DNA of 64,000 nt, taken from assembly GCA_002269645.1 (NCBI GenBank), contig NIVC01000852.1:174427-238426 (forward strand), read 5' to 3'. Position 1 is the first letter of the stretch. Every line of letters begins with the position of its first letter. Positions 1 through 11,415 of the stretch are shown here, in pieces. A program made the translations under genes and the position numbers. Origin of the DNA: Macrostomum lignano (taxonomy: Eukaryota). The notes under the pieces were generated by a model. It worked only from the letters and a program-made list of their open reading frames with translations. It searched no databases and had not been told where the DNA came from.

Positions 1-504
1 ACTCACTCATATTTGGCAAGATCTGTATCCAGCCTGTGCATAAAATATTCAGACGACTTTAGTAATTTGATATTATCATATTTATGCTGACTTATTATTT
101 GTCTGTCTTGAACCCGTGTGATTTTCGTTTTATTCACTATTATTTATTTTGTCTGATACTCCATCATTCTATTGATATCTGTACTTTGTCCGACCAAACA
201 AGATAAAATCGTACAGTGTTGTATTGCTGGTTTTGCTACCCATGTATTAGCAGTAATAAAGTTGACCTATTTTTGTGCTTTTGCGTTTTCTTTCAAGCAC
301 GTTCTATTTTAGTTGTGTATTTCTTCTTTTGCACTGTGTTACGCCTTTTCCATTTTTTATAATAATAACAACACATTTTGCTGCGTTTATATTTATCTGT
401 TACACTTAACCCCGTGAAGACTCTGGCTTCTTTTAATGTCATGTACTATTGCTGTGTGTACTGTTTTTTGCCATGTGGTCCGGCTCTCTGATCTGTCTCG
501 ATCT

Positions 505-890
505 CATCTAACACTCTCCCTCTCTCATCTGTCACTCTCCCTCTCTCATCTGTCACTCTCCCTCTCTCATCTGTCACTCTCCCTCTCTCATCTGTCACTC
601 TCCCTCTCTCATCTGTCACTCTCCCTCTCTCATCTGTCACTCTCCCTCTCTCATCTGTCACTCTCCCTCTCTCATCTGTCACTCTCCCTCTCTCATCTGT
701 CACTCCCTCTCTCATCTGTCACTCTCCCTCTCTCATCTGTCACTCTCCCTCTCTCATCTGTCACTCTCCCTCTCTCATCTGTCACTCTCCCTCTCTCATC
801 TGTCACTCTCCCTCTCTCATCTGTCACTCTCCCTCTCTCATCTGTCACTCTCCCTTTCTCATCTGTCACTCTCCCTCTCTCATCTATCAC
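505..890. repeat. 21-bp minisatellite CTCTCTCATCTGTCACTCTCC
   Basis: Tandem copies read directly. Confidence 0.95.
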
Positions 891-1724
891 TCATCCTTTT
901 TCATTTATTACTCTCCTACCAGTATCTATCACGCTCCCTCTCTATCTATCACTCTCCCGTCTTCTATCACTCTCCCCTCTGATCCATCACTCTCTAATCT
1001 ATTCCCCCATCTAAGCCGGTCTCATCTTCCCCTGTCCAAGGTAGCAGTCATATCTAGCCAAAGAGCCCCAACAGATCTCTACAGAAGTTCTGCACTCAAA
1101 TCGCATCATTCATATCGCGGCGAATCAAATCTAATTGGCATTTCGAGCAGAGATCTCTCACTGTGATGGGCTAACACTGCAGTGCCTGCCTATTAATTTG
1201 CTGAGAGATTGAAGTTGTTACAAGCGTCAAATGTCATTCATGTTTGCTTTGGCGCGATCTGTCAATGAATAGTTTCTTTTTTAAAAGTCCTTTGCTATGA
1301 GATATTGATCGGTGTAGCTTTTTTAATATAATCCTAGTATTGATAGTTGTAACCCTGTGCTCCGCAATATTGTTATTAATATATTAATTATTGTTACTGT
1401 GTCCGCGCCCCTGCCCGCTCTCTTTCGCTGTGTTCGAGATTCTGTTCTGAATTATATTGAAATACTCTGAATAAATCTGTTATAATTGTAGCTTACCTGT
1501 GCGTGTTCTTCGGCAACACATGCTTCATCTGTTTATTTAAGACCGTATTTATGAAAATTCTAACAATATGCTGTATTTGTCGGTTGTTTATCTATCGATT
1601 CATTTGGGGCTTGTAGGCACGAGAATTGGTCTGGAGGGGGGGGGGGTGTCGTGCAACTCACAGCCATGGGCGTCGCCATGGATTTTATGGTGGGGGGGGG
1701 ACAAAGCCTCATTTTATTTTTTGC

Positions 1725-2397
1725 AGGACTCATTTTGGCGCCGCAGGCACTCATTTTGGCGCTGCAGGCACTCATTTTAGCGCCGCAGGCACTCATTTTG
1801 GCGCTGCAGGCACTCGTTTTGGCGCTGCAGGCACTCATTTTGGCACCGCAGGCACTCATTTTGGCGCTGCAGGCACTCATTTTGGCGCCGCAGGCACTCA
1901 TTTTAGCGCCGCAGGCACTCATTTTAGCGCCGCAGGCACTCGTTTTGGCGCTGCAGGCACTCATTTTGGCGCCGCAGGCACTCATTTTTGGCACCGCAGG
2001 CACTCATTTTAGCTCCGCAGGCACTCATTTTAGCGCCGCAGGCACTCATTTTAGCTCCGCAGGCACTCATTTTGGCGCCACAGGCACTCATTTTGGCACC
2101 ACAGGCACTCATTTTAGCGCCACAGGCACTCATTTTGGCGCTGCAGGCACTCATTTTGGCGCTGCAGGCACTCATTTTGGCACCGCAGGCACTCATTTTG
2201 GCACCGCAGGCACTCATTTTGGCACCACAGGCACTCATTTTAGCGCCACAGGCACTCATTTTGGCACCGCAGGCACTCATTTTGGCACCGCAGGCACTCA
2301 TTTTGGCACCGCAGGCACTCATTTTGGCACCGCAGGCACACATTTTGGCACCGCAGGCACTCATTTTGGCACCGCAGGCACTCATTTTGGCACCACA
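1725..2397. repeat. 21-bp minisatellite GGCACTCATTTTGGCGCCGCA
   Basis: About 32 tandem copies, preceded by a catgggcgtcgccatgg...ggggggg segment. Confidence 0.95.
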
Positions 2398-3073
2398 GTG
2401 AGCGTGTGCATGACTGCCTGCCTGCGTACAGAATTGGCGCGCTTGAATGTGCTCAGAGTCAGCGGAATGAGCACAGCCCTCGTACGAACATTTATTTCAA
2501 GTTTTTCTCACCGGAGTAAAATCCAGTGCCCAGCAATCTAATTGTTATCAACGCAGAGAATCTGCTTTCTTAAGAACTGTTCCTATTGAATTCGCCTAGC
2601 ATTGCGGATTTCGTATCTACATAGCCTGCAGCAGTTGTTAAGCTTCACAATGCCTGGATTCCTAGGTCCTGTAATGACACAGTGAACCCTTGCTTTATTG
2701 TTCGAGAAGAAGTCTAGTGAATCTCTCCATTCCCTCACTCCCTCCCTTTTTTCCTATTAATTCCCTCTGAGGATTATGCTCCCATCAATCTTCTGACAAG
2801 TTCTGAAATAACTGACAAAGTTTTAAAGCACGGCTTTGAATTGCAGGAGTCCGAAGAGTTTTTTTTCAGCTTGTCTGGCCGGTACAGATCTTGCTCTGTG
2901 ACTTGACATTTTTATGGAGCTTTCGTAGCTTTGGGGAAAAGTTTTTTAGGGATAAATTAAATATAATCGTTGCCTTTGAATTTGATAGCGTTGTCGCTGT
3001 AGACTGAACTCGCTGCTGTAGTGTCTACTGATTGGCCTTCTCTGCTGGTGAATCAATTTGCTGTCCTTGCTCA

Positions 3074-3619
3074 TTACTTGTCTTCTTCTGATCTGCCCGA
3101 ACCTCCAAGCTTCTTCATGATCAGCGGGTCGAAGCGCTTCATGATCAGCGGGTCGAACCTCTTTCTCATGATCAGCGGGTCGAAGCGCTTCATGATCAGC
3201 GGGTCGAACTTCTTTCTCATGATCAGCGGGTCGAACTTCTTTCTCATTATCAGCGGGTCGAACCTCTTTCTCATGATCAGCGGGTCGAACCTCTTTCTCA
3301 TGATCAGCGGGTCGAAGCGCTTCATGATCAGCGGGTCGAACCTCTTTCTCATGATCAGCGGGTCGAAGCGCTTCATGATCAGCGGGTCGAACTTCTTTCT
3401 CATGATCAGCGGGTCGAACCTCTTTCTCATGATTAGCGGGTCGAACCTCTTTCTCATGATCAGCGGGTCGAAGCGCTTCATGATCAGTGGGTCGAACTTC
3501 TTTCTCATGATCAGCGGGTCGAACCTCTTTCTCATGATCAGCGGGTCGAACCTCTTTCTCATGATCAGCGGGTCGAAGCGGCGCTCGACTTCAGCTTGAG
3601 AGTCGGCATCCTCGATTTG
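3074..3619 (-). CDS. Prohormone coding exon 2 (peptide array)
   Basis: 24/27-nt units that differ by a whole codon, with synonymous variants (ATA/ATC, CTA/CTG, CCA/CCG). AATAAA-type signals lie downstream on the minus strand (tttatt near 2694 and 2492). Confidence 0.88.
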   Translation of the reverse strand, partial: QIEDADSQAEVERRFDPLIMRKRFDPLIMRKRFDPLIMRKKFDPLIMKRFDPLIMRKRFDPLIMRKRFDPLIMRKKFDPLIMKRFDPLIMRKRFDPLIMKRFDPLIMRKRFDPLIMRKRFDPLIMRKKFDPLIMRKKFDPLIMKRFDPLIMRKRFDPLIMKRFDPLIMKKLGGSGRSEEDK

Positions 3620-6425
3620 CTGCGGAATGAGAGAGGCGAATCAAATTTCTCTCCGAGCGCCAAGAAAAATTGAGTTAGTAAAGTAAAGTTGCTATAGAAG
3701 GACTGCCAAACTGGAATCAAGATTATGTTCTTAGCCAAGCCACCCGCTCAAGACAGATCAGGATAGTGCTGAGTGCGCGATTCGCTTTCTATAACACTCT
3801 TGGAGTTAATCAATTTTGTTTCGGAACGGCAGAAGCAATAACTCTTATTCGGGATTCTGGATTTTACCAACACACACTGCACTGACTGAGCGGCTGACTT
3901 GATGGAAGCAGCTCCCGATGACACACCGTGCGAAAAATTTTTAGAGTCTTAATTTTCTTATTTTTTAGTCTGCCTTCTTCATGCTATTAGTTCATATTAG
4001 CTGGGTAAGCTGATTGATCAGACTGAATTTTAACTGGTTAGCACTGCTGATATTCAGTTCTGTTAGCTAAGTTCAACTGTTTAGAAGCTGGCTATCAACA
4101 CTTTGCAGCACCGCTGGGATCTGCTTAATGACTTTCATGCCACTGATTTGATTAATTTGCTTTTTGACACCTTCGCCCCTCCGGCCCCCTCTGACTCCCT
4201 CTCTGACCTCCCCTCTCTAGCGGATTCCTATCTGACCTCCCCTCTCTGGCCTCCCCTCTCTAGCGGATTCCTGTCTGACCTCCCCTCTCTGACCTCCCCT
4301 CTCTGACCTCCCCTCTCTGACCTCCCCTCTCTGACCTCCCCTCTCTAGCTGTCCCGTTCTCCAACTCCGTTTCAAAATTATCCACCCACCTCTCTTTGAC
4401 CCCTGTAAATGTGCTGAACTTCAAGTTCAACATCGATACTCTCCATGTCTTTCCGAGCTCTGTGAACTGAGCTGTACAGAACGGTCACAAATGTCTATTA
4501 TCCACAATTGCCGGTGAAAAGCATTCTATTTTTGCTCATATTGTGTTGCTCTGATTGCCCGGCTTTTGCTAGATACGGGAGTTTCTTCCGAATTCTCTGC
4601 AGAAACGATTTTGTTTGTTCAGAATAGCGTCGTCTGGCAGGCAAAAAGTCGATCAGCCTAGATAAACCCGCGCCAAGGACGTCGATAAAGACCTGGACTA
4701 GAGTAAAACTTGTCCATAAATTGGATTGTTTTTTGGGGTTAAAGTCGAGAGAAGTCTGGCTTCTAGTCCAAGTGTTATGTAAAGAAGTCCTTGATACAAG
4801 CTGCATTGTTAATCTCCTGTCTGCCGTGTGTTTCCAGGGCAAACAACTGCTGAGTTTAAAGCCCCAATTACGAGTAATGACACCCCGTTTTCTTCTTCTC
4901 TACAGGTGGATTAGAGTTATACTAATCCTCCTCCTACTGCAAACCTGCGGAAGCGATTGCCGTCTATGGCAGTCAATTGGGCCATCTCACCCCTTCTCTC
5001 TCCCCTGTGTCATCTCACCCCTTCTCTCTCCCCTGTGTCATCTCACCCCTTCTCTCTCCCCTGTGCCATCTCACCCTTCCCTCTCCCCTGCGCCATCTCA
5101 CCCTTAACTCTCCCCTGTGCCATCTCACCCCTTCCCTCTCCCCTGTGCCATCTCACCCCTTCCCTCTCCCCTGTGCCATCTCACCCTTCACTTTCCCCTG
5201 TGCCATCTCACCCCTCCTCTCTCCCCTGTGCCATCTCACCCCTTCCCTCTCCCCAGTGCCATCTCACCCCTTCCCTCTCCCCTGTGCCATCTCACCCTTT
5301 ACTCTCCCCTGTGCCATCTCACCCTTTACTCTCCCCTGTGCCATCTCACCCCTTCCCTCTCCCCTGTGCCATCTCACCCTTCACTCTCCCCTGTGCCATC
5401 TCACCCCTTCTCTTTCCCCTATGCCATCTCACCCCTTTCACTCTCGCCCTCCCTCTCACTCCTGCCCTCCCTCTCGCTCTCGCCCTCCCTCTCACTCCCG
5501 CCCTCCCTCTCACTCTCGCCCTCCCTCTCACTCCCGCCCTCCCTCTCACTCTCACCCTCCCTCTCGCCCTCCCTCTCACTCCCGCCCTCCCTCTCACTCT
5601 CGCCCTCCCTCTCACTCCCGCCCTCCCTCTCACTCTCACCCTCCCTCTCGCCCTCCCTCTCACTCCCGCCCTCCCTCTCGCTCTCACCCTCCCTCTCACT
5701 CTCGCCCTCCCTCTCACTCTCGCCCTCCCTCTCACTCTCGCCCTCCCTCTCGCTCTCACCCTCCCTCTCACTCTCGCCCTCCCTCTCGCTCTCACCCTCC
5801 CTCTCGCTCTCGCCCTCCCTCTCGCTCTCGACCTCCTTCTCGCTCTCGCCCTCTCTCTCGCTCTCGCCCTCCCTCTCGCTCTCGACCTCCTTCTCGCTCT
5901 CGCCCTCCCTCTCACTCCCGCCCTCCCTCTCACTCTCGCCCTCCCTCTCACTCCCGCCCTCCCTCTCACTCTCACCCTCCCTCTCGCCCTCCCTCTCACT
6001 CCCGCCCTCCCTCTCACTCTCGCCCTCCCTCTCACTCCCGCCCTCCCTCTCACTCTCACCCTCCCTCTCGCCCTCCCTCTCACTCCCGCCCTCCCTCTCG
6101 CTCTCACCCTCCCTCTCACTCTCGCCCTCCCTCTCACTCTCGCCCTCCCTCTCACTCTCGCCCTCCCTCTCGCTCTCACCCTCCCTCTCACTCTCGCCCT
6201 CCCTCTCGCTCTCACCCTCCCTCTCGCTCTCGCCCTCCCTCTCGCTCTCGACCTCCTTCTCGCTCTCGCCCTCTCTCTCGCTCTCGCCCTCCCTCTCGCT
6301 CTCGACCTCCTTCTCGCTCTCGCCCTCCCTCTCGCTCTCGCCATTCTCACCTTGAGGCTGGCAGGTGCCACCAGACAGAGGGCGAGCACAGCCCACCAGA
6401 TGGGCAGCTTGGTGCAGTGCTTCAT
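3074..6425 (-). CDS. Neuropeptide prohormone, 2 coding exons (6425-6351, 3619-3074), 206 aa, 18 x FDPLIM
   Basis: Exon 6425-6351 encodes MKHCTKLPIWWAVLALCLVAPASLK and ends at AAG|GTGAGA (phase 0). Exon 3619-3074 follows the acceptor ctctctcattccgcag| and reads QIEDADSQAEVERR-FDPLIM-(RKR/RKK/KR-FDPLIM)x17-KKLGGSGRSEEDK, ending TAA TGA. The splice is in frame and the layout is typical of a prohormone. Confidence 0.88.
4193..4345. repeat. Short CTCTCTGACCTCCC repeat
   Basis: Tandem 14-15 bp units in the prohormone intron. Confidence 0.85.
4983..5437. repeat. About 28-bp minisatellite TGTGCCATCTCACCCCTTCCCTCTCCCC
   Basis: Tandem copies in the prohormone intron. Confidence 0.9.
5440..6340. repeat. 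18-bp pyrimidine-rich minisatellite with a 420-bp higher-order duplication
   Basis: CTCTCGCCCTCCCTCTCA units; the lines at 5521 and 5941 are identical. Confidence 0.95.
6351..6425 (-). CDS. Prohormone coding exon 1 (signal peptide)
   Basis: Basic n-region (MKHCTK), hydrophobic core (LPIWWAVLALCLV), small residues APAS, donor GTGAGA. An upstream acceptor cccatcttgcag| at 6494 implies a 5' UTR exon or trans-splice site. Confidence 0.82.
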
Positions 6426-6827
6426 GTCTCCTCAAAGCGGCAAGCAGGTTCTCCACAATGGGCTGCTCAGCTATGCAGTGGCGCGGCGCGTGTCTGCAAG
6501 ATGGGAACAAAAGCGAGCGAGTAGTTGCGTCCTAGTTTTTTTTCCTCGCCAATTAGGGTCCTAAAATTTTCCTCCCCATAAGTGTATTTAACTTCCCAAT
6601 TCCCCCTTCCCAATTAGTTCTATTCAAACTGTCGCTCCAGTAGTGCTTGAGTTGCACCCGAGTCTCGTAAGCCCGCTCTCATTGTCTGACACGCTTCTAC
6701 TCAATTTGATGAGGCAGCTCATGAATTATTCAGCAATTCCTCGCTAAATGCTGCAGCACTTTCTTTGTCTCATCATTGCAGTTTCTTTTCATGGTGCATT
6801 GTTCTGCCCAGAGCTGTCAACTGCGCC

Positions 6828-7790
6828 ACAGTCTCTTCCCATCTTCATCTCAGTCTCTTCCCATCTTCATCTCAGTCTCTTCCCATCTTCATCTCAGTCT
6901 CTTCCCATCTTCATCTCAGTCTCTTCCCATCTTCATCTCAGTCTCTTCCCATCTTCATCTCAGTCTCTTCCCATCTTCATCTCAGTCTCTTCCCATCTTC
7001 ATCTCCCTCTCTTCCCATCTTCATCTCCCTCTCTTCCCATCTTCATCTCCCTCTCTTCCTATCTTCATCTCAGTCTCTTCCCATCTTCATCTCAGTCTCT
7101 TCCCATCTTCATCTCCCTCTCTTCCCATCTTCATCTCCCTCTCTTCCCATCTTCATCTCCCTCTCTTCCCATCTTCATCTCCCTCTCTTCCCATCTTCAT
7201 CTCCCTCTCTTCCTATCTTCATCTCCCTCTCTTCCCATCTTCATCTCCCTCTCTTCCCATCTTCATCTCCCTCTCTTCCCATCTTCATCTCCCTCTCTTC
7301 CCATCTTCATCTCCCTCTCTTCCTATCTTCATCTCCCTCTCTTCCCATCTTCATCTCCCTCTCTTCCCATCTTCATCTCCCTCTCTTCCTATCTTCATCT
7401 CAGTCTCTTCCCATCTTCATCTCAGTCTCTTCCCATCTTCATCTCCCTCTCTTCCCATCTTCATCTCAGTCTCTTCCCATCTTCATCTCCCTCTCTTCCC
7501 ATTTTCATCTCAGTCTCTTCCCATCTTCATCTCAGTCTCTTCCCATCTTCATCTCCCTCTCTTCCCATCTTCATCTCAGTCTCTTCCCATCTTCATCTCC
7601 CTCTCTTCCCATCTTCATCTCAGTCTCTTCCCATCTTCATCTCCCTCTCTTCCCATCTTCATCTCAGTCTCTTCCCATCTTCATCTCAGTCTCTTCCCAT
7701 CTTCATCTCAGTCTCTTCCCATCTTCATTTCAGTCTCTTCCCAATCTTCATCTCAGTCTCTCCCCATCTTGATCTCCCTCTCTTCCCATA
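6828..7790. repeat. 22-bp minisatellite CAGTCTCTTCCCATCTTCATCT
   Basis: Tandem copies with cag/ccc variants. Confidence 0.95.
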
Positions 7791-8199
7791 GCTCTCTTCT
7801 CTATCAGCTGGGTTATGGCTTCAAAACGTATTTTCTGAGGCCTGTCTTCTACTTTCGCAAAGTCTGCCTCAGCAGCAGAAAATCTCTCTCTCTCTCTCTT
7901 TCTTGAAAAAAGACACGCTGCAACGCGCACCGGCTGTGGAGCCGGCCTGTAATCACAGCGTCCCGTGTGGCCACTCAGCTGCTGACTTGCCAGCCTTTCA
8001 TTTTGTCCCACGGCATAGGAAAAGAGATGAGATTTTAGATCGCGTCGCAAATCTACGATCTGGGCACTACTCGAACTGGAACTTGAATAAGGAATTAGTC
8101 AGTGAGTCAGCTGGCAAGTCCTCGAAAAAGTTAAAGACAATTTTGCTTAGAATATGGACTTCTAAACTGTAATTTGGAGTGAATTGTCCCTTAGGCCTG

Positions 8200-9146
8200 G
8201 AATCTGGACAGGAAGTGGAGTTCTAATGCACAATCTGGACAGGAAGTGGAGTTCTAATGCAGAATCTGGACAGGAAGTGGAGTTCTAATGCACAATCTGG
8301 ACAGGAAGTGGAGTTCTAATGCACAATCTGGACAGGAAGTGGAGCTCTAATGCACAATCTGGACAGGAAGTGGAGTTCTAATGCACAATCTGGACAGGAA
8401 GTGGAGTTCTAATGCACAATCTGGACAGGAAGTGGAGCTCTAATGCACAATCTGGACAGGAAGTGGAGTTCTAATGCACAATCTGGACAGGAAGTGGAGT
8501 TCTAATGCACAATCTGGACAGGAAGTGGAGTTCTAATGCACAATCTGGACAGGAAGTGGAGTTCTAATGTACAATCTGGACAGGAAGTGGAGTTCTAATG
8601 CACAATCTGGACAGGAAGTGGAGTTCTAATGCACAATCTGGACAGGAAGTGGAGTTCTAATGCACAATCTGGACAGGAAGTGGAGTTCTAATGCACAATC
8701 TGGACAGGAAGTGGAGCTCTAATGCACAATCTGGACAGGAAGTGGAGTTCTAATGCACAATCTGGACAGGAAGTGGAGTTCTAATGCACAATCTGGACAG
8801 GAAGTGGAGCTCTAATGCACAATCTGGACAGGAAGTGGAGTTCTAATGCACAATCTGGACAGGAAGTGGAGTTCTAATGCACAATCTGGACAGGAAGTGG
8901 AGTTCTAATGCACAATCTGGACAGGAAGTGGAGTTCTAATGTACAATCTGGACAGGAAGTGGAGTTCTAATGCACAATCTGGACAGGAAGTGGAGTTCTA
9001 ATGCACAATCTGGACAGGAAGTGGAGTTCTAATGCACAATCTGGACAGGAAGTGGAGTTCTAATGCACAATCTGGACAGGAAGTGGAGTTCTAATGCACA
9101 ATCTGGACAGGAAGTGGAGTTCTAATGCAGAATCTGGACAGGAAGC
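8200..9146. repeat. 31-bp minisatellite AATCTGGACAGGAAGTGGAGTTCTAATGCAC
   Basis: About 30 near-identical copies. Confidence 0.97.
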
Positions 9147-9699
9147 AACAGTCCAAGTCTATCTCAGACCAATAATATAATTTGGAGATAATAAAATTCC
9201 CACAATAGCATAAATCTTCCCAAATGATCTAACGGATTTCGGCATTTTACGAGCCATTTCTTTAGCAATTACTGCAATTTGGCAGTCAACGCCAGCCTTA
9301 CCAGTTTGCTGCAATTTTGTTTACTGTGCTAATTTTTATTTTAATTATCATTTACTGCCTCGTAATTCGTAAGTTCCCTGGCTCATTGCTGCGACAATGC
9401 TGGCAGCTCTGCAGGCACCTTCCCTGGCTGATTAAAGCACATCAACTGTTTGACCCCCCGGGGGGGCCTGGCTGTCAAGTGTAACTGGCAGCTTGAGTGG
9501 AGTAGATGGCATGCTTATCTATGGAGCTGATGCAGCTGCAATACTGTTCATGATGAAGCTTAATTACAGCTGCTCAGAGTTAATGATGCTGCTTTCAGTT
9601 TAGCAGAATGCTGCCGGAACTGAAGGGACTAGAAGAATTCCTGCTAAAGCTAGTTGAATAGACAAATAAATATACTTCTGCAGGCTAGATTAGACATTA

Positions 9700-10165
9700 G
9701 GATAATAGACTCGGGGGAATAGACTCGGGAGAACAGATTTAGGGAGAATAGACTCGGGGAGAATATATTTAGGGAGAATATATTTAGGGAGAATAGATTT
9801 AGGGAGAATAGATTTAGGGAGAATAGACTCGGGAGAACAGATTTAGGGAGAATAGACTCGGGGAGAATAGACTCGGGGAGAATAGACTCGGGGAGAATAG
9901 ACTCGGGGAGAATAGACTCGGGGAGAATAGACTCGGGGAGAATAGACTCGGGGAGAATAGACTCGGGGAGAATAGACTCGGGGAGAATAGACTCGGGGAG
10001 AATAGACTCGGGGAGAATAGACTCGGGGAGAATAGACTCGGGGAGAATATACTAGGGGAGAATAGATCTAGGGAGAACAGATTTGGGGATAATAGAATTG
10101 GGAATAATAGAATTGGGGATAATAGAATTGGGGAGAATAGGCTCGGGAATAGACTTAGGAGAATA
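9700..10165. repeat. 15-bp minisatellite GACTCGGGGAGAATA
   Basis: Tandem copies. Confidence 0.93.
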
Positions 10166-10779
10166 GATTAAGGGAGAATCGACTAAAACCGACTCACGAG
10201 CTGTTTTTTTCAGCTGTGCCGTAGTCTCAGTCCGAAGCGCGGTAGACCAGGCGGACAGACAGGGAGATGTGGAGCCGCAATGGCAGCCGCCAGAATGCAG
10301 ATCTCGGATAATAAGAGTTGAGAGCCTCCGCTGCACCCGGAACTGCCGCTCTGCAGCCAATGGCAGTCCCTGGCCAATAAAGACGAGGATTTGCAACCCC
10401 GCGAAACCGGCCGCCCTAATCAGCTGGATATTCAGCAGAAAATGATGCTGAACCATGGCCTGCAGTTGCAGGTCCTCGATGACCTCCAGGGCCCAATCTG
10501 CTCCTCTCAGCGCTGCCAGAAGAAGAAATCCCAATGGGAGAGCATTGCTGCCTCCTCCTCCCCCAGCGAGCATTTTTTATCCCAGTGACTAATCGTTCTT
10601 TGAGTCCTTCGAGTCCTTAGCGGTCAACCAGGCTCTTGTGCCAGTGCCAAGAATAGACCCATCGGTCCAAGCAGACATTACAGCTGCCCATCTCGTAGAA
10701 TTAGGAGCAGAAAATTCAATTGCCAGAAGTATTTCTGCTTTTAAAAGACACTTGTATCTACTTGCTTATACCAGATTCT

Positions 10780-11415
10780 TATCCAATAATTTATCCCAGA
10801 TTCTTATCCATCATTATCCCAGGTAATCATTTATTCCCCTCGTATCCCCTCGTATCCCCTCATCATCATTTATCCCAGTTTATTATCCCTTCATCATTTA
10901 TCCCAAATTATTGTCCCCTCATTATCATTTATCCCAGATTCTAATCCCCTTATCATTTATCCCATATTCTTATCCCCTCATCATCATTTATCCCAGATTC
11001 TTATCCCCTCATCATCATTTATCCCAGATTCTTATCCCCTCATCATCATTTATCCCAGATTCTTATCCCCTCATCATCATTTATCCCAGATTATTATCCC
11101 CTCATCATCATTTATCCCAGATTCTTATCCCATCATCATCATTTATCCCAGATTTCTTATCCCCTCATCATCATTTATCCCAGATTCTTATCCCCTCATC
11201 ATCATTTATCCCAGATTCTTATCCCATCATCATCATTTATCCCAGATTTCTTATCCCCTCATCATTTATCCCAGATTCTTATCCCACCATCATCATTTAT
11301 CCCAGATTTCTTATCCCCTCATCATTTATCCCAGATTCTTATCCATCATAATTTATCCCAGATTCTTATCCATCATAATTTATTTCAGATTCTTATCCCC
11401 TCATATTTTATCCCT
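10780..11415. repeat. About 31-bp minisatellite TCATCATCATTTATCCCAGATTCTTATCCCC
   Basis: Tandem copies. Confidence 0.9.

Noticed and set aside
1560-2541. (GTHFGAA)n, (APQALIL)n and (MSACGAK)n ORFs as a second repeat-peptide precursor
   Set aside because: There are no dibasic cleavage sites and no signal exon, unit variants are nonsynonymous, and multiple frames are open.
4498-4842. 114-aa minus-strand ORF as an extra prohormone exon
   Set aside because: It has no convincing flanking splice sites and no peptide motifs, and exons 1 and 2 already join in frame; possibly a transposon remnant.
4957-6564. Long ORFs (535, 515, 412, 363 aa; LALP, RPPSHS, SLSP, EREG repeats)
   Set aside because: They are open in several frames on both strands because the 18-bp repeat has no stops. 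Only the first 25 codons of the 6425 ORF are a real exon.
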